Shown here: positions 26,576 to 40,261 of the stretch, in pieces | Numbering within the stretch: position 1 is the first letter of the stretch | Layout of the letters: the number at the start of each line of letters is the position of its first letter | Origin: Chrysomallon squamiferum | Lineage: Eukaryota > Animalia > Mollusca | Length of the DNA stretch: 64,000 bases | Assembly (NCBI GenBank): GCA_012295275.1 | Contig: CM022670.1 | Span: 26,660,001-26,724,000 of the forward strand | Reading direction: 5' to 3' | Program-made: the position numbers and the translations under genes | Notes under the pieces: model-generated | Told to the model about the DNA's origin: nothing | Seen by the model: only the letters and a program-made list of their open reading frames with translations | Database searches by the model: none

Positions 26576-28036
26576 TGATTGTAACAAGTCAGACCAACAC
26601 TATCCATTAATCAGCTGCTTCAAAAATTCACATTTTGTTTGAATTCAAAATTCTGTCATTGTATTCAGACATACAGTAGTTTTATAACATACTAATACAA
26701 GTTACATAGTTACAAATATTTAGGTTTCAAATTAACTTTTGAATTATTTTGTACTTCTCTTTCACATAATATTTGACATTTGACTGATCAACATAAATTA
26801 ATCAGATCATTACATGATAAATGTACTATTTGTGGACATCTTTCTTGAAAGAGTTTTATCAAATTTATATTTTAACAGAATGTTTTAAAAATAAGGAGAA
26901 AAATGTTCATTGAATTAGGAGGTGTACATTATTGGTAGGTCTGTCACTTATTGTTGTTGTTGGTATTGTTGTGGATCAGTTTCTGTGGTCCAGCATTGCC
27001 TGAACTGAATGTTTTTGCTATATTTGTATTTCATTTATCTTCTCTTGATAAATCTGGGGTTATTTGTTCACTTGTGTTTGTTGAAATATAATATTCGTAG
27101 CTTTTGTTTGTTATTATCATTTGGTTTCATTAATGTAAAAAGTCATTTAATGAGTAAAAATTAAAAGCTGCAACTTAACATCAGTTCATTCACAATCTTT
27201 GGCTTGAAGCTGTGAAATGATTTTATGAACTTATTTAAGTCAGATTGGTCTGACCTGAACCATAGAAAACCTTTTGCTATATGTTAGATCCAGATTTAGC
27301 CAGATTGTAGGAAGGTCACAAAATAAAAACATTCACAGTGGCTTAACTGCCCATACAAGAATAACATACTGCTGTTTAATGAAATATTTTATTGTTGCTA
27401 GGTGAAATGTATTGTTTATATCCAAAATACACATACTATTGATATTGGTCATTTAATAATTTTTTCTTTTTTTTTTTTTTTTTGAAGAAAGAAAATTTCT
27501 TTCGCATAGTTCAGGTTGTTGTTATTGTCTTTTGTGTTTTTTTTAAATTATATGTAAATTGTCATATTCAATATTATTAATAATCAAATACTTGGTCACA
27601 GCATTATTTAAAAAAAAAAAAAATAATAATAAACATCTTTCAAGATATTCAGTACAGTATGTGTAAATGCATTTTTTCTGGTGGCACACAGTACATTTTT
27701 CAAATTTGATTATATTGCAAAAAACAACCACCTCCACTTTCAAAATTAAATTTAATTGCACCTGCTTGACACATTGATGTTTCATACCAAAAAAACAGAA
27801 CTGTTGTTCACAGTTGACAAGAGCATTAAAAAAAAAAAAAAATAAATAATGTTGGTGGTGTTTTTTGTTTTTTTTATGTTGTTGATGATTTTTTCCAAAA
27901 ATGAAAATCATCCATTCATGCACATACTAAATGAGTTTTACTGTGGTAGGCCTATTTCTAAATTGTCTTTTAATAGAATCAGTATCACTTTTTATTGTCA
28001 GTGTGATTGTGTGTGTGTGTGTGTATGTGTGTGTGT

Positions 28037-30161
28037 GTGTCATTCTGTGTCAAATCACCCAATGGGTTAAACCCAACCGTCTCAGATTTTATAAAACTTG
28101 GTATTCTTGTTGACTGGGATCCCACAGCACCAAATCTGAAATTTTAGGCCAATCGGACCAGTGGTGTGGGAGATATGGCCCATCAAAAATTGAGATTTTA
28201 GGCAAAAATGGGCATGAGCACCAACCTTTGAACCCTCATATCTCAGGAACTAATGGGCCAATCTTCATAAAAATTGGTATTGTTGAAAAGGCAATATGAT
28301 AAGGATTCCAAATCTGCCATTATTGTTCAGTTTGGGGGTCACTGACCTTTTGACCTTTGTTATGACCTTGAAATTGACCATGTGGATCACATGACCTTGA
28401 GATGACCTTTATTGAAATTTAATCTCCCACATGTTAACTAAAACATATAAAAGTTTACCTGCATGGATACTTGATACAATGCATTACAATGTACATTTTC
28501 TACATGTGTCCACTTCTCTGAGACTAAAAACTCACCTTTGGAGTTAAAACCCACCTGACATGTCTGAAGGAATGCCTGAAAGATATGAAAAGATGCCATA
28601 TGGCACGACATGTTCTACACAATCAACCTCAAAGGGTTAACAGGAAGTGATGCTTCAGGCATGTCAGGTACTGGTGAAATCCCCATTGAGTACATAGCAA
28701 TTAGTCTCCTGAAAATGTGTGTTATCAACATCATCATACCAAAAAGGAGTTGTTGCAAAGTGTATGGAAAACTGGGGAAGTCGAACTCCTCAGTCTTCAA
28801 AGTGGGATCAAAACACAGGACATCAAGAGTATCTGTTCACATCATGAACAAGAACTTTTAATCAAGTTTTCAACATTGCGGAAAAAGTGTGGTGATCCCC
28901 TTAATCACCATCCTAAGCAATCATGCACTAGATCTTTAAGAATTGGTAGCATGGTCACTTACAAATGCTTAGTAAATCCAAAGACACTCGTGCCAGGAGA
29001 CAAGTTGTGCTGTGACTGTCTGATTAGCCTTCAGAAATCAAAGGTCCAAACCCCTGCAGAGGATGGCTTTAGTATGGATAGTATCACTGTGGGAGAATTT
29101 GATGTAACTTGCCAGACAAACTGCCAGTTGTTGTTTCCCCAGAAAAGGACTTGATTTGAATTTTACCCTGTCAAGTTTAGGTGAAACTCCTGTTAAACTC
29201 CATTCACTAGCATGCTCCAGTAAACGAATGAAAGAACAGAAAAAACTAGCATCAGCTACAGTATCATTAAAATGACATCTTGAAACAGTCTATGATCTTC
29301 CACTTCATTCTCCTGAAAGTGACCTTGACTCATCAGAAAAATCAGAACTTCATTTATTCAGGAACATGTTGGAGGAGTTAAAAGAGAAATTCAACAAGTC
29401 CGAATCCTATCCAGAGCGTGTGCAAATCTTGACTTTGTCACCCTTTACCACTGAAAGGACAATGAACGAATTTGAAACAACGAATTAGAATTACCTTGTG
29501 AAAAAAAGCTGTGCTGTGCAGAAAGAGAAAGGGATTCTGTCGCTCTGTGATAAGAAACAAGGGAAAGTTCTGTCAAATGAATTGAAGGAGGAAATAGTCC
29601 AATTTTATGAAAGTGACGAGAACAGTAGAATGTGTCTGGAAATAAAGGATACAGTGAGCATTTGAAACAAAGATGGTGAGAAGGTTAAGCATCAGAAAAA
29701 GCTAGTTCTCTCAAATTTATATGAACTTTATGCATACATGCAGTTCTACAATGTCTTACTCGGTGATCAAGAGAGATGGTGATTCCTAGCATCCAATTGA
29801 TCATTCAGGTTTTAGTTAATCAGATGTTAATGGCAGAAAAGGTGTTATTTTCATGGATGTGCATTTTTTAAATCTATATTGTGGCTAAGCAAAAAATATT
29901 GCACCAAGTAAACTTTTATGTTTTAGTTAACATGTGGGAGATTAAATTTCAATAAAGGTCATCTTAAGGTCACGTGATCCACAGTGTCAATTTCAAGGTC
30001 ATAACAGGTCAAAAGGTCAGTGACCCCCAAATTTTCCAAACTGAACAGTAATGGCAGATTTGGAATCCTTATTATATTGCCTTTTCAACAATACCAATTT
30101 TATGAAGATTGGGTCAGGTTTAAATTTTTTAGGGGGGTGATGATTTGACATGGAATGACCC
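28037..30161 (+). mobile_element. Sola2-like DNA transposon, internally deleted, with long subterminal inverted repeats
   Basis: Termini GTGTCATTCTGTGTCAAATCA and TGATTTGACATGGAATGACCC (reverse complement GGGTCATTCCATGTCAAATCA, a GRG start). A ~200-bp inverted repeat pairs ~28258-28461 with ~29905-30111. Internal transposase remnant. Flanked by (TG)n and (TA)n. The superfamily assignment is from recalled motifs. Confidence 0.8.
28661..29735 (+). pseudogene. N-terminal half of a Sola-like transposase (catalytic core deleted)
   Basis: Cys/His domain ICSHH...KCGDPLNHH...LVPGDKLCCDC. After frameshifts: LEELKEKF...VQILTLSP..., QKEKGILS...GKVLS...IVQFYESDENSRMCLEIKDTVSI*NKDGEKVKHQKKLVLSNLYELY, the FY..D..SR.(CPG).KD.V...QK.L...NL.ELY signature. 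In-frame stops are present. Confidence 0.8.
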
Positions 30162-33100
30162 ATATATATATATATATATCACATTTTGTGTTACATTCAG
30201 TATACTTGTATTTGTTTGGTGCTTATTGTCACACGACACATGACACCTGCTGACACTCCATCCAAACATTGTCTTCATTGTACGTATGCATTGTATACAT
30301 GAGCATGCATATATACATGCATAATGATGTCTTTATATGAAAATGTCTGAGAGATATTACAGTAAATGCAAAATACATCAAGAGTGAGAGAAACTGATAT
30401 TCATGTTCATTGAAATAGCTATATGTAGAAACTTATTATATAACAGGTAGAAAAATGTAATGCATTTGGAAGTACTGTCCACTTTGTTTTAATTATTTTT
30501 TCATACTTATCATTGTTGTTTGAAAGATGTGATCATGTTACAGTTAGTTAGCTGATGAAGAATATATTAACTGGCTTACTGGTCAAGCCTGTCAGATGCA
30601 GTAAAATATATTGTCTATTAGATGGTCCATGGAGAAAGTCATTAAATAATGAGTGTCTTTTGAAAATATGATATGCCAGTTGCTATGGAAATAACATTCT
30701 CAGAGAACACAAGAAGAGGAAACAAAATGGGGTTTGATTTATTACATCAGATTTTGTATGGTATAAATGCTTTTTATTTATTATTTTATTACAGATAAAA
30801 TGGACAATGGGTCTATAAAATTAAATACTTTTCAAATAAGTTTTAAACATCACAATGATGCCTTTAGATGCAGAATAGTTTAATATTGAAAAAACTCTGA
30901 ATAATGTAAAATGAACAACCTATATCCTAAAAGTTGACTGTTCTGATAAAATACAAAAACAGTTATTTATTTGCATCAGATGACATGAATTATCTTTCGT
31001 TTGCATGACAGTGTGTTACTTTAGAAAAATTACATTTCTACTACTTCAGATTGTAATAGGTTATCACAACAGGAAAAGAGACATTAATAATACACACAGT
31101 TCTTTTGACCAGTGGCTGTGGAAAAAAAATCAGTCTTGAGAAAGCAAAGGCAAAAAAAAAAAAATACAAAAAAATAGCTTTTGTAAATTAGAAAGTCTTC
31201 TTCTTTCATCCCTAGTTAATTCAGAGGTCACATGAAATATACTGAGATAAAGTTATTATATTCAGTTTAGAGTGTTCTTATGATTGTTCTTGTTGAATAT
31301 ACCAGGAATCCACATAATGATTGCAAGAATGCTGTTTTCCATTTCAGTTTTTCGCACATTTTTAATGTTGCTTGATGTCCTTATGTTTCTGTCGCAGATT
31401 GAATCCATAAATGATTAGTTTCCAAAAATAGCATCTCCTACAGAAATGTGCTAGCAGGCTATGGAAAATTAAATAAAGTCTGGAAATCACAAACAGCCTT
31501 TACAGACAGGATATGGTAATGAGGAAGGTGAATACAGTTTATAGTATTACTCTTTTGAAGTCTTTTTTTTCTCTCCTAAAAATGTTCTAGCAGTGTTCTC
31601 TGGACAAGGAAATTCATGAAAATAACTTCATTACAAATAAAATCCCAAAACTCATTTAAATGGTGGTGGTGGGGGAAATGCAGTTATAAAGTAGAATGAA
31701 CAAAATTCCATTACCTGTAGTTAATTGTAAAGTTTTTAGTCATACTGCTATGCATTATTGACACTTGAATTTATTTGTATTCCTATCAAGGCAACATATT
31801 TATGAATAAATTTACATTAATAGTTTGTTTAAGTCCAAAATATATTTTTTAACAGGCAAATTAATAATTAAAAAAAAACTTAGCTTTTTAGTAACATTTT
31901 ATATCAAACAAAAAACATCCTGCAAAATGTTCAAAAAATAAGGTTTTCATTATATTTGAATATTTGTTAACACAAATCACACAAACACACACACACACAA
32001 ACTTGTCTGAAAAGTGTAGGGTATTAAATAATCTTTTGTATTAATATGCAGTGTACTCATTCATTTTCAAATTGTTTGACCTACTGGGTATGTGTAATTG
32101 TAATAATTGTATCAAACCATTTCAAAGATGCATTCAAATATTTATTCATGAAGTTACATTTAATCACTTATAATAAGTTAAAGATGTATTAAAAAGTAGC
32201 TAAGTATTTTTATATATTCCAAAATCTTTCTAAGTGAAAATATTTATTTGAAAAGTAGAAAATTAAACCGGATAGCATTATTGGATTATTTAATACCTAA
32301 GAACACCCAGTAAGTTTTTGATATCCCTAAACTGGCCTGTTGACCGCTTGCTCACCCCATAACAAGTGACCTAAAATAATAATGTGGCACTAAAGGTCAG
32401 GGTAATTGCTGTTAGTCAGGAATGTGTTTTCCACCATGCATGCTGATGTTTCAGATCGTGTGATATGTAACTGTCAGGACCCATGTTCATTACAAGATAT
32501 GTGCTTTTTCTGACAACATACTTTACATATTCCTGCCTTTGGCCATTCTTTCCTCGCCCTTAATAAAAGGCTGTGGTCTACATGTAATTTATGGACGGGA
32601 GCATATTTTGGTGACATCTTTGTCACACTGTTTGATTTATTAAATAGGTGTTACAGCTTACATTGATGTTTTATGAACTCTTTTGTTTATGTACGTGCAG
32701 ATTAAGGTTACAGATGCAATATAAGCAAGGATTGTAACACGACTGTCACAGATTAAATTAAAATGATAAATACATTCTGTTAGTTCATATATGTTAAAGA
32801 ATTCCTCTGGTTAGATACCATGCAAACAGCCTAAAGTATATTGTATATTTGTATGTGACACTAATCTTTACTAACAATGAAATTTTACAAATCAAGAGAT
32901 ACATGGAGAGACATTTCCATAATTTTTCCGTACATTATTTCATAAATTTAAGAATTTAAAAAAAAATAATAATAATAATAAATAAAAATAATTACAGTAA
33001 TAATACAGTTACAACAATTTAATCAGTGATTTACCCATTTTCTATTTTTTCCTTCCACCCCACCCTCCACCAAAGACTGATTAGATTAAAGTAATAAATC

Positions 33101-35178
33101 TTTATCACAATGTAACATAAATGAACAAAATATAATTTTAAAAAAAAAAATAAAATAGGTATTTGTCTTCTGAAAAGAATTATTTAAAACATATTCTTTA
33201 AAAATACTTGTAAGTGGCAGTTTGTAACAAAAAAAAAAAAAAAAATTCCCTTAAACTACATATTTTTCATTTTAAAATGATCTTGGAACCAGAAAATTTA
33301 AAAAATAATTAAATGTATGACAGTTGACATCTGTTACTTTTTAAAACAAACTATCAAAGAATGTATGTAAAATAAAACCGAGGTTAAAAAAATGACAAGC
33401 ATATAATTTACATTTAATTAATATATTTTTTTTTATATTTTAGAAAATCATTATGGAAACCGTATATTTAAAAAAAAAAAATAAAAAAAAAAAAAATTTG
33501 TAGTGTGTGACTAGCAGTACTTTTGTAACATGAAACTATCTTAGGGATTGTTGCAATTTCCTGTGCAACTCAGAGAGAAAAAAAAATGAAAATGCACCTG
33601 GTAATTTATGTCAGTTTGCCAGCTGTAGTATGGAGAATCTAGTGCAGCATTAATGTTAACATTACCTGATCTGTTGTGACCTTGCCAAAATGAAGAACTG
33701 CGCAGAATAAAACCTACATTTAAGATTCTTGGACAGCTCACTAGTCTGAGAATTAAGAATTCTTTCTCCAAGGTTTTTTTGGGGGCAGGTTTTTTTTTGG
33801 CAGAAATTGTTTACAAACTGATAAAACTGCAGAACTGGATAATAAATATTAACAGAATTACAGTTCTGATAACTTTACTTTCCTATCTTATATATATAGT
33901 ATATTTCTCCTCAGAATTGTTTCTTCTTCACTTTTAAAATATATATATATTATCTAATTTATAAAAATAAAGTAATTATCTTGAATGCAGCAAGGATTAT
34001 TTTAAATAATATTTAGTCTTATAATAAAAGTTGAAAAAAAAAACCCAACTTGGACCAGGATTATTAAAGATCTGATAAAATGTTTATCTTTGTGGGTAGG
34101 AAGGTATATGTGTGTTCAAAAAAACAACTAAAACAAGAAATGGACAGGAAAAAAGAAACATTTTTAAAATATATTTATTTTCATTAAGGGCATTTGACAG
34201 AGAGAAATTAAAATAAATACAATCTGATGGAGAGAAGACAAGGACTGAAATTTACTCTGGGGAGTTTTCATTTAAATAAATAAATAAGGAAATAAATATA
34301 TAAATAACACTAGCAACAGATTTAAAATATAGCAAATGCTCAATAATCACTTAGCTGTGTCAAAAAATTATCACACTGTGAAGTTGATGCAATAGGTTAA
34401 TTTGCAGAGTCCAGGAGAAAGTCTATGTTCAAGTGCAAATTGCTGCTTCCTGTTGCCAACCTGTGACCCACTGACTGACTTTCTGCTCCAGTTGAAGTTG
34501 AGCAGTGCCCCAGAGATAACTGCTGTAATTTCATTACCATGTGGTATATATCATAACACCACAGTTTTTATTGTCTTTCAAAACGTAGTAATGTGCTTCA
34601 TACATGTATATATTCATATCTGATGTAACATTAAGTGTAAAGTCATGAACCATAATTCTAATTTCAGGCACAGCAAGTGTCTTGCTTTGTTGTGTCATGT
34701 TAACTGCTTATTTTTGAGTAGCGTTTTTTCATTTTATTTTATTATTATTGATGTTTACAGTGCAGTACAAAAACTGTATCATCAGTAGGCCAGTGTTGTG
34801 AGGAATTGTTTACATAATAATCATTGTTAGTGCAGATGCACCAGCATGATCAAAAGGGATCAGGCATGAGTCATATGACTGGTAATGTCATTGCAGTATT
34901 TTTGCATTGCAGAACCAACATAATATATTCTGTTTTAAAAACAAAAGTTCAGCAGCAGAATAACAAACTAATTCAGATCCAGTAGGATTAACAGTCATAA
35001 AAGTTACATGTCAAAGGACATTATCTGTTAAAATTTAAAATTAAATTGCAACCAAATTTATTTCTGGTATTGTTCTGTTACTATTGCCTTTGTGAATAAT
35101 AAATAAGTTCTATTGTATTGGATTAGTCAATAATAATAAACAGTATTTTCAGTTATTTTTGGAGAATTACTAAATACT

Positions 35179-35260
35179 GAACTAGTAAATATATATAAAT
35201 ATTTATACATGTTCATACAGAACTAATAAATATATATAAATATTTATATATGTTTATATA
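35179..35260. repeat. Two-copy 41-bp tandem duplication
   Basis: GAACTAGTAAATATATATAAATATTTATACATGTTCATACA followed by GAACTAATAAATATATATAAATATTTATATATGTTTATATA. Confidence 0.85.
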
Positions 35261-38200
35261 TATAGGAAATACACAACAATAAATAATTCCATGCAGTATG
35301 GCTTTATTATGTAGATTTTTATTTTTGTTTTGTTTTTTCTTTTTGTGCATTTGCATATTGCATATATTCACTGCTTACACTTTTTGATAAAACATAATCA
35401 TTTCTGCATCAATCGCTTCTGTAGATTATAATTGTTTTGCCTTCTAGTTGCAGTATGCTATACAAGTGTCTGCATTAATCAATGGTTGTTATTTCAGTAA
35501 AGGTAACATCAAGTTTACTGTGCTAAAGACATTACACAATGTTGTTTAAGCTTTTGCACTGGTATGTTTGTCACATTCAATTACAAGTAATGAAACCCGC
35601 ACATAATGTGTATATTGTGCATGCAGCTCCTCTTTATTACTTTTTTTAAAAAGGGTTTGAGAGTGCCAGGCTAAGGTTGCTGGGACATTCAGATATATTG
35701 ACAAAAGCTACAATCTGTGTCAGCAGGGCAGGCTATTTTAGGACTTGTCACTGGGACAATATTGATTTTGTACTTTTACAAGCTAAGCATTTTATAAAGC
35801 TAGCTTTATTGAAATAAACCATTTGATATGGTAAGATATTAAAAAAAAGAAACAGAAATGTTGGTTTATGATAGGTTTCTTGACTTCTTCTATAGCAATT
35901 TAACATTGTTTTTTTGTTGTTTTTTGTGATGGGGGAGCTTTGTTTTGTTGGGGGGTTTTAAAAATAATTTTTTCTTTCTTTTTCTGTTATTTGTTATTAT
36001 TACATCATTTCATTAATCCATTCATTTTTAAAATTTTATTTTATAGGATTTTTGTTTTTAATTTATGCTTCGTCAATTTAGAATATGTTGATAATAAGTT
36101 TCAATACTGTTAAGGGAAAAATAGTGCTTACTGTTATTATTAAATTTTTATTTTTTGCAAAATTTATTATGTTAAAATGATGGTACAAAGAATGTAGTTC
36201 AAGGTTACAGCCAAGTCAGGGAATGCAACAGTTTTGATTTTTGTTTTAAATTGTACATTTTATTTTATTATTATTTTCCTATATTATTAACACACTGTTT
36301 TACAATATTGTTTGTAAAAACATAAAGGGAGGACTTACTCATCAGTGTTTAAGGAATATTTATAATATATCTATTTTCTCATTCATAATTAATAGCTGGA
36401 TTTCTTACAACAGTATGGTTCTAACAAAATTTTAGAATAGCATCAGAAGTGAAATGTATCTCCATTATCATTTTTGCAAAATGTGCATGTTCCATAACAC
36501 GACTAAGTTTTGTTACAGGTTTGCTTTATTTTGCAATAGTATTAGAACTCATTTATTAATGCTCTTTGTTTAGCTGTGGAGTAAATTAATTCTGACAGAA
36601 TTTGCAGACGAAATTGTCTCTGCATTTTAGTCATCAGCAAATTTTTATTAGCACTTTCCACAGAGAGCAGCATGTAAACAAGACACTAATTGTGAAGGAA
36701 AGAATTCATTTGGCAATAAAACCTATTTCTATTAAATATGACAAAGACAATTTTGAATAATAATTTTAAACTGAAGCCAAATTCTTCTTGACCATTTTAA
36801 CAGTAGCAAATCTTGAATTAAGTTATATATTTTATGTTTATTTGGTACTTTAGATAGTAAAATTTTTTTTTTTTTTTTTTTCAAAACAAGAAGAATAAAT
36901 CATTTGTTTTACAATATCCTAGGCTTTAAAATTAAGCCTACAGATTACAGTATCATTGGGGAATTGTTAATATGCTTACCTGTTTTTTGTTTTTTGTTTT
37001 TCTGCCTTTTAATAATGGTTGTTAAAAAATAATAATTAAATAATTAAAAATAAGTAGAGAAATGCAGTAGATCAATATTATTTTTTTATAAAAATGCTGC
37101 ATATTAATATTAGGAAGAAGAAAACATATTTTAAATGGCATATAATCCCATTTGGAATTATTTTTAAATGATTTGCAAACAAAAAATTTGAAATTAGCAG
37201 TCATTAATTTATTGAAAATGAACGACAATACAAAATAACAAAATACAAAGTTAACAAAATTAAATTATAAATAATATATGCATGATTGAAAAAATAAAAT
37301 TTCTTGTTCAACCAGTCTGAAAAATCAGCCTACACATTATAATGGTATTATGCACATTTAAATATATGCAAAAAAAAAACAACAAAAAAAAAAAACATGA
37401 GTGTTAGCATTTACTGGGTCACTGGAACTTAAGTGATGCATTAACAGTTACAAATTACATAGCTGGAGTTTAAAAAAGTCAGACCTTTTTGTTAATATTT
37501 CACCAGCTGATTTTTTCCTTTCCTTTTTTTATTATTTTTATTTTTTTTTTTTGTTCTTGTTTTTGTTTTGTTTCCTTCCTGTTTCTCCTGATCGCACTAA
37601 TGTTGTGGACAGTGTATTCTGTTGGGGCTGAAACAAGAGCAAACAGGTCACACTGACAATCAACAGAGGTAACTGTGTCAGTGGGACATGGGCTATAGAT
37701 AGCTGACTTATTGCGGCAATCCTAGCACTGCATGCCTTACAGGATAGTTTGGCGCTATTATCAATTCTTTGTTATCAACGAGGCACACATGATCAAGTAT
37801 ACAACTACATTTGTAAATAATTGTTGTGGTGTAATTTTAATTTTTTATTTATTTATTCATATATATTTTTTTTTACATGTGTTCTCCTTTTTTAAAAATA
37901 GTTACTGCTGCAAGTAGAATGTAGCAGTATCTTTTGAATGCATTATTAAGACATATGTGATAAGTTATCTGTGGTGGCTAAGTTGACTTAGGAAGTGGAG
38001 TGTGGTGTTTTTAAAATAAGTACGGTAAGTTTCTCTGGCCTAATTTAAATAAATTATCATTTTTTTATTTATTTATAAGCTTTTAAATAGTTGACACCCA
38101 CAGTCAGAATTTTTTTTATTCTTAAAGCAAGTTTGTTTATAAACAAAACAGGTTTTAACACTTCTCCATAAATAAAATGGTTTAATCGTATCATTTGTAT

Positions 38201-40217
38201 GTAATTTCTGTTTACAAAATATTAAAAAAATTCACTTTCCACAAGAATTTTTAAAAATTATAATGTAAATAAAGAAACTTGAGAGTTTGATTTTATGAAC
38301 TAGAACACAGAGGTTACAGTGTAGTACACTTTAACTTTTATTCTTTGGAGAATGTAACACTGTTTTTAAATGTAAAAATCTTCACCACATAGCCTGAATA
38401 AAAGTTTTCATTTACAGTTTTGAAATGCATTTATTCTGTATAAACTATTCCACCACTATCTTTCTGTTTGAAGGCTTTTTAATCTGTTGCATTCTGGTGT
38501 AGGTAATATTAGCATTCTAACAAATTTTATTAATTATAATATTGTTGTTTAATTTATATATTAATCATATTTATTGAAATTTTCTATAAAATATTATTTA
38601 TTATTATTATTATTATTAATATATATATTTTTTATTCCCTTTTTGTTATTAATATTAAAGTAATATATTTCTGCAGTTAAAGTTTAACCTGTAATAATTA
38701 TAAAAGCATATTTATTTTAAAGGTTTTGTTTATATGTGGTTAATGTATTATTGTTGTTGTTGTTGTTGTTGTTATTATTTTTATTGAACCGTTTTATTTT
38801 TAATTTTTTTATAATTTCGCAAATGCATAAAATGAAATTTATTATTTTTTAAACATTAATTCACTTACTTTTTCTTTCCTTTAAATTGATTTTCTTGTTT
38901 TTAATCATAAAATCCTTAAATACAGAAACGTTTTTCTGTAAATAGAGTTTTCTTAAATTTCTGTTCAACACATTAATAAATAAGCAATATATGGTGCCTG
39001 TTAATCATCTTATACTTCCATTTTTTTTATTATTTATTATTTACTGAAATCTAAACTAGAATTGCAAAACTCTCTTATAGAACATAACCAATGTACTTAT
39101 TTTCAAATGCCAAGGACACTGATAAATAGTAACAGGTTTCTGTTGCCTCACCAGAAAGTATAGGTCATTAGTTGCAAGATAACCTGTGAATCCTGCAACC
39201 TCTGCTTTCTGCTTATATGATGGCATATCTAAGTCACCCAGGGATCTGCCATTGAGTTTATTCGGTCAGTAGGTCTACATTCTGGCTGAAGAATGCCATG
39301 AATCTGATACAGTTGTGCAACAAAATACTTTTTCAACATTATCATGGGAAAGCTTCATAATTTCACCAAGATGTTAGAAAATCATTGCCTAGCCTATAAA
39401 AAAATCCTGCAAAATTTGTTGTTGTTGTTGTTGTTGTTTTGCTTTGCTTTTTATTGCAAGCAGAACAGCATTCTGCTTTTAAAACAAATCTGGCTATGTA
39501 ATTTATGAAGTTTTAAACATGTATTTATTTTATTTATTTATTTATTTATTTATTTTTATTTATTTATTTATTTATTTTTATTTTTATTTTTTTTTCTGTG
39601 ATGTTTTTCTTTTATCTCTATGAAATAAGTGATTAACCGAATTGGCAATCATCCAGACACATAAAACTTTCTGCCACTTCATATTGATGGCTTTTGCCTT
39701 CAGGATATATTCATATTAACATAATTGTTTTGACTCAAGCTGAATGTAGTTATTTCAGTGTGAAGTAAAACCTACAGTATCTCGCCCACATTTTTACTTC
39801 TTCCTTTTTGAAGTTTATTATTATTATTATTTAATTTGGTTCATTTATGTTTTTGGGATAGGTCTTGTTTTAAAACAATTTTTTTTATTTTACCAGTGCA
39901 GTTAAGAATGTTTGTGAGACAGTTTTTTTTGGTTTTGCTTTTTTAAATTACACATACATGTATATTGTTTAGGTTTCTTACAAGTTTTCTTGATACACAA
40001 AATTATCTTTATTATCTAAATATTTTGACTTTTTTTTACTTCTTTTGGGGGGTGGTTCTGCATTTCATACTGAATTTTTATTCATTATAAATATTGTGTT
40101 CTGATTATAAAATATTCACATGTAATAGTCCTATCAGACATTCTGAATAAGAAATTGTTCTTAAACCATCCTTAAGGAGTTCTTTTTAATTTTGTTTATG
40201 TATTTATTTATTTATTT

Positions 40218-40219
<2 letters not shown>

Positions 40220-40257
<38 letters not shown>
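40220..40257. repeat. (TG)n microsatellite
   Basis: Perfect TG run. Confidence 0.95.

Positions 40258-40261
<4 letters not shown>

Noticed and set aside
33800-34815. FOXO-type TTGTTTAC sites (attractive for PI3K feedback)
   Set aside because: The handful seen window-wide is about what base composition predicts.
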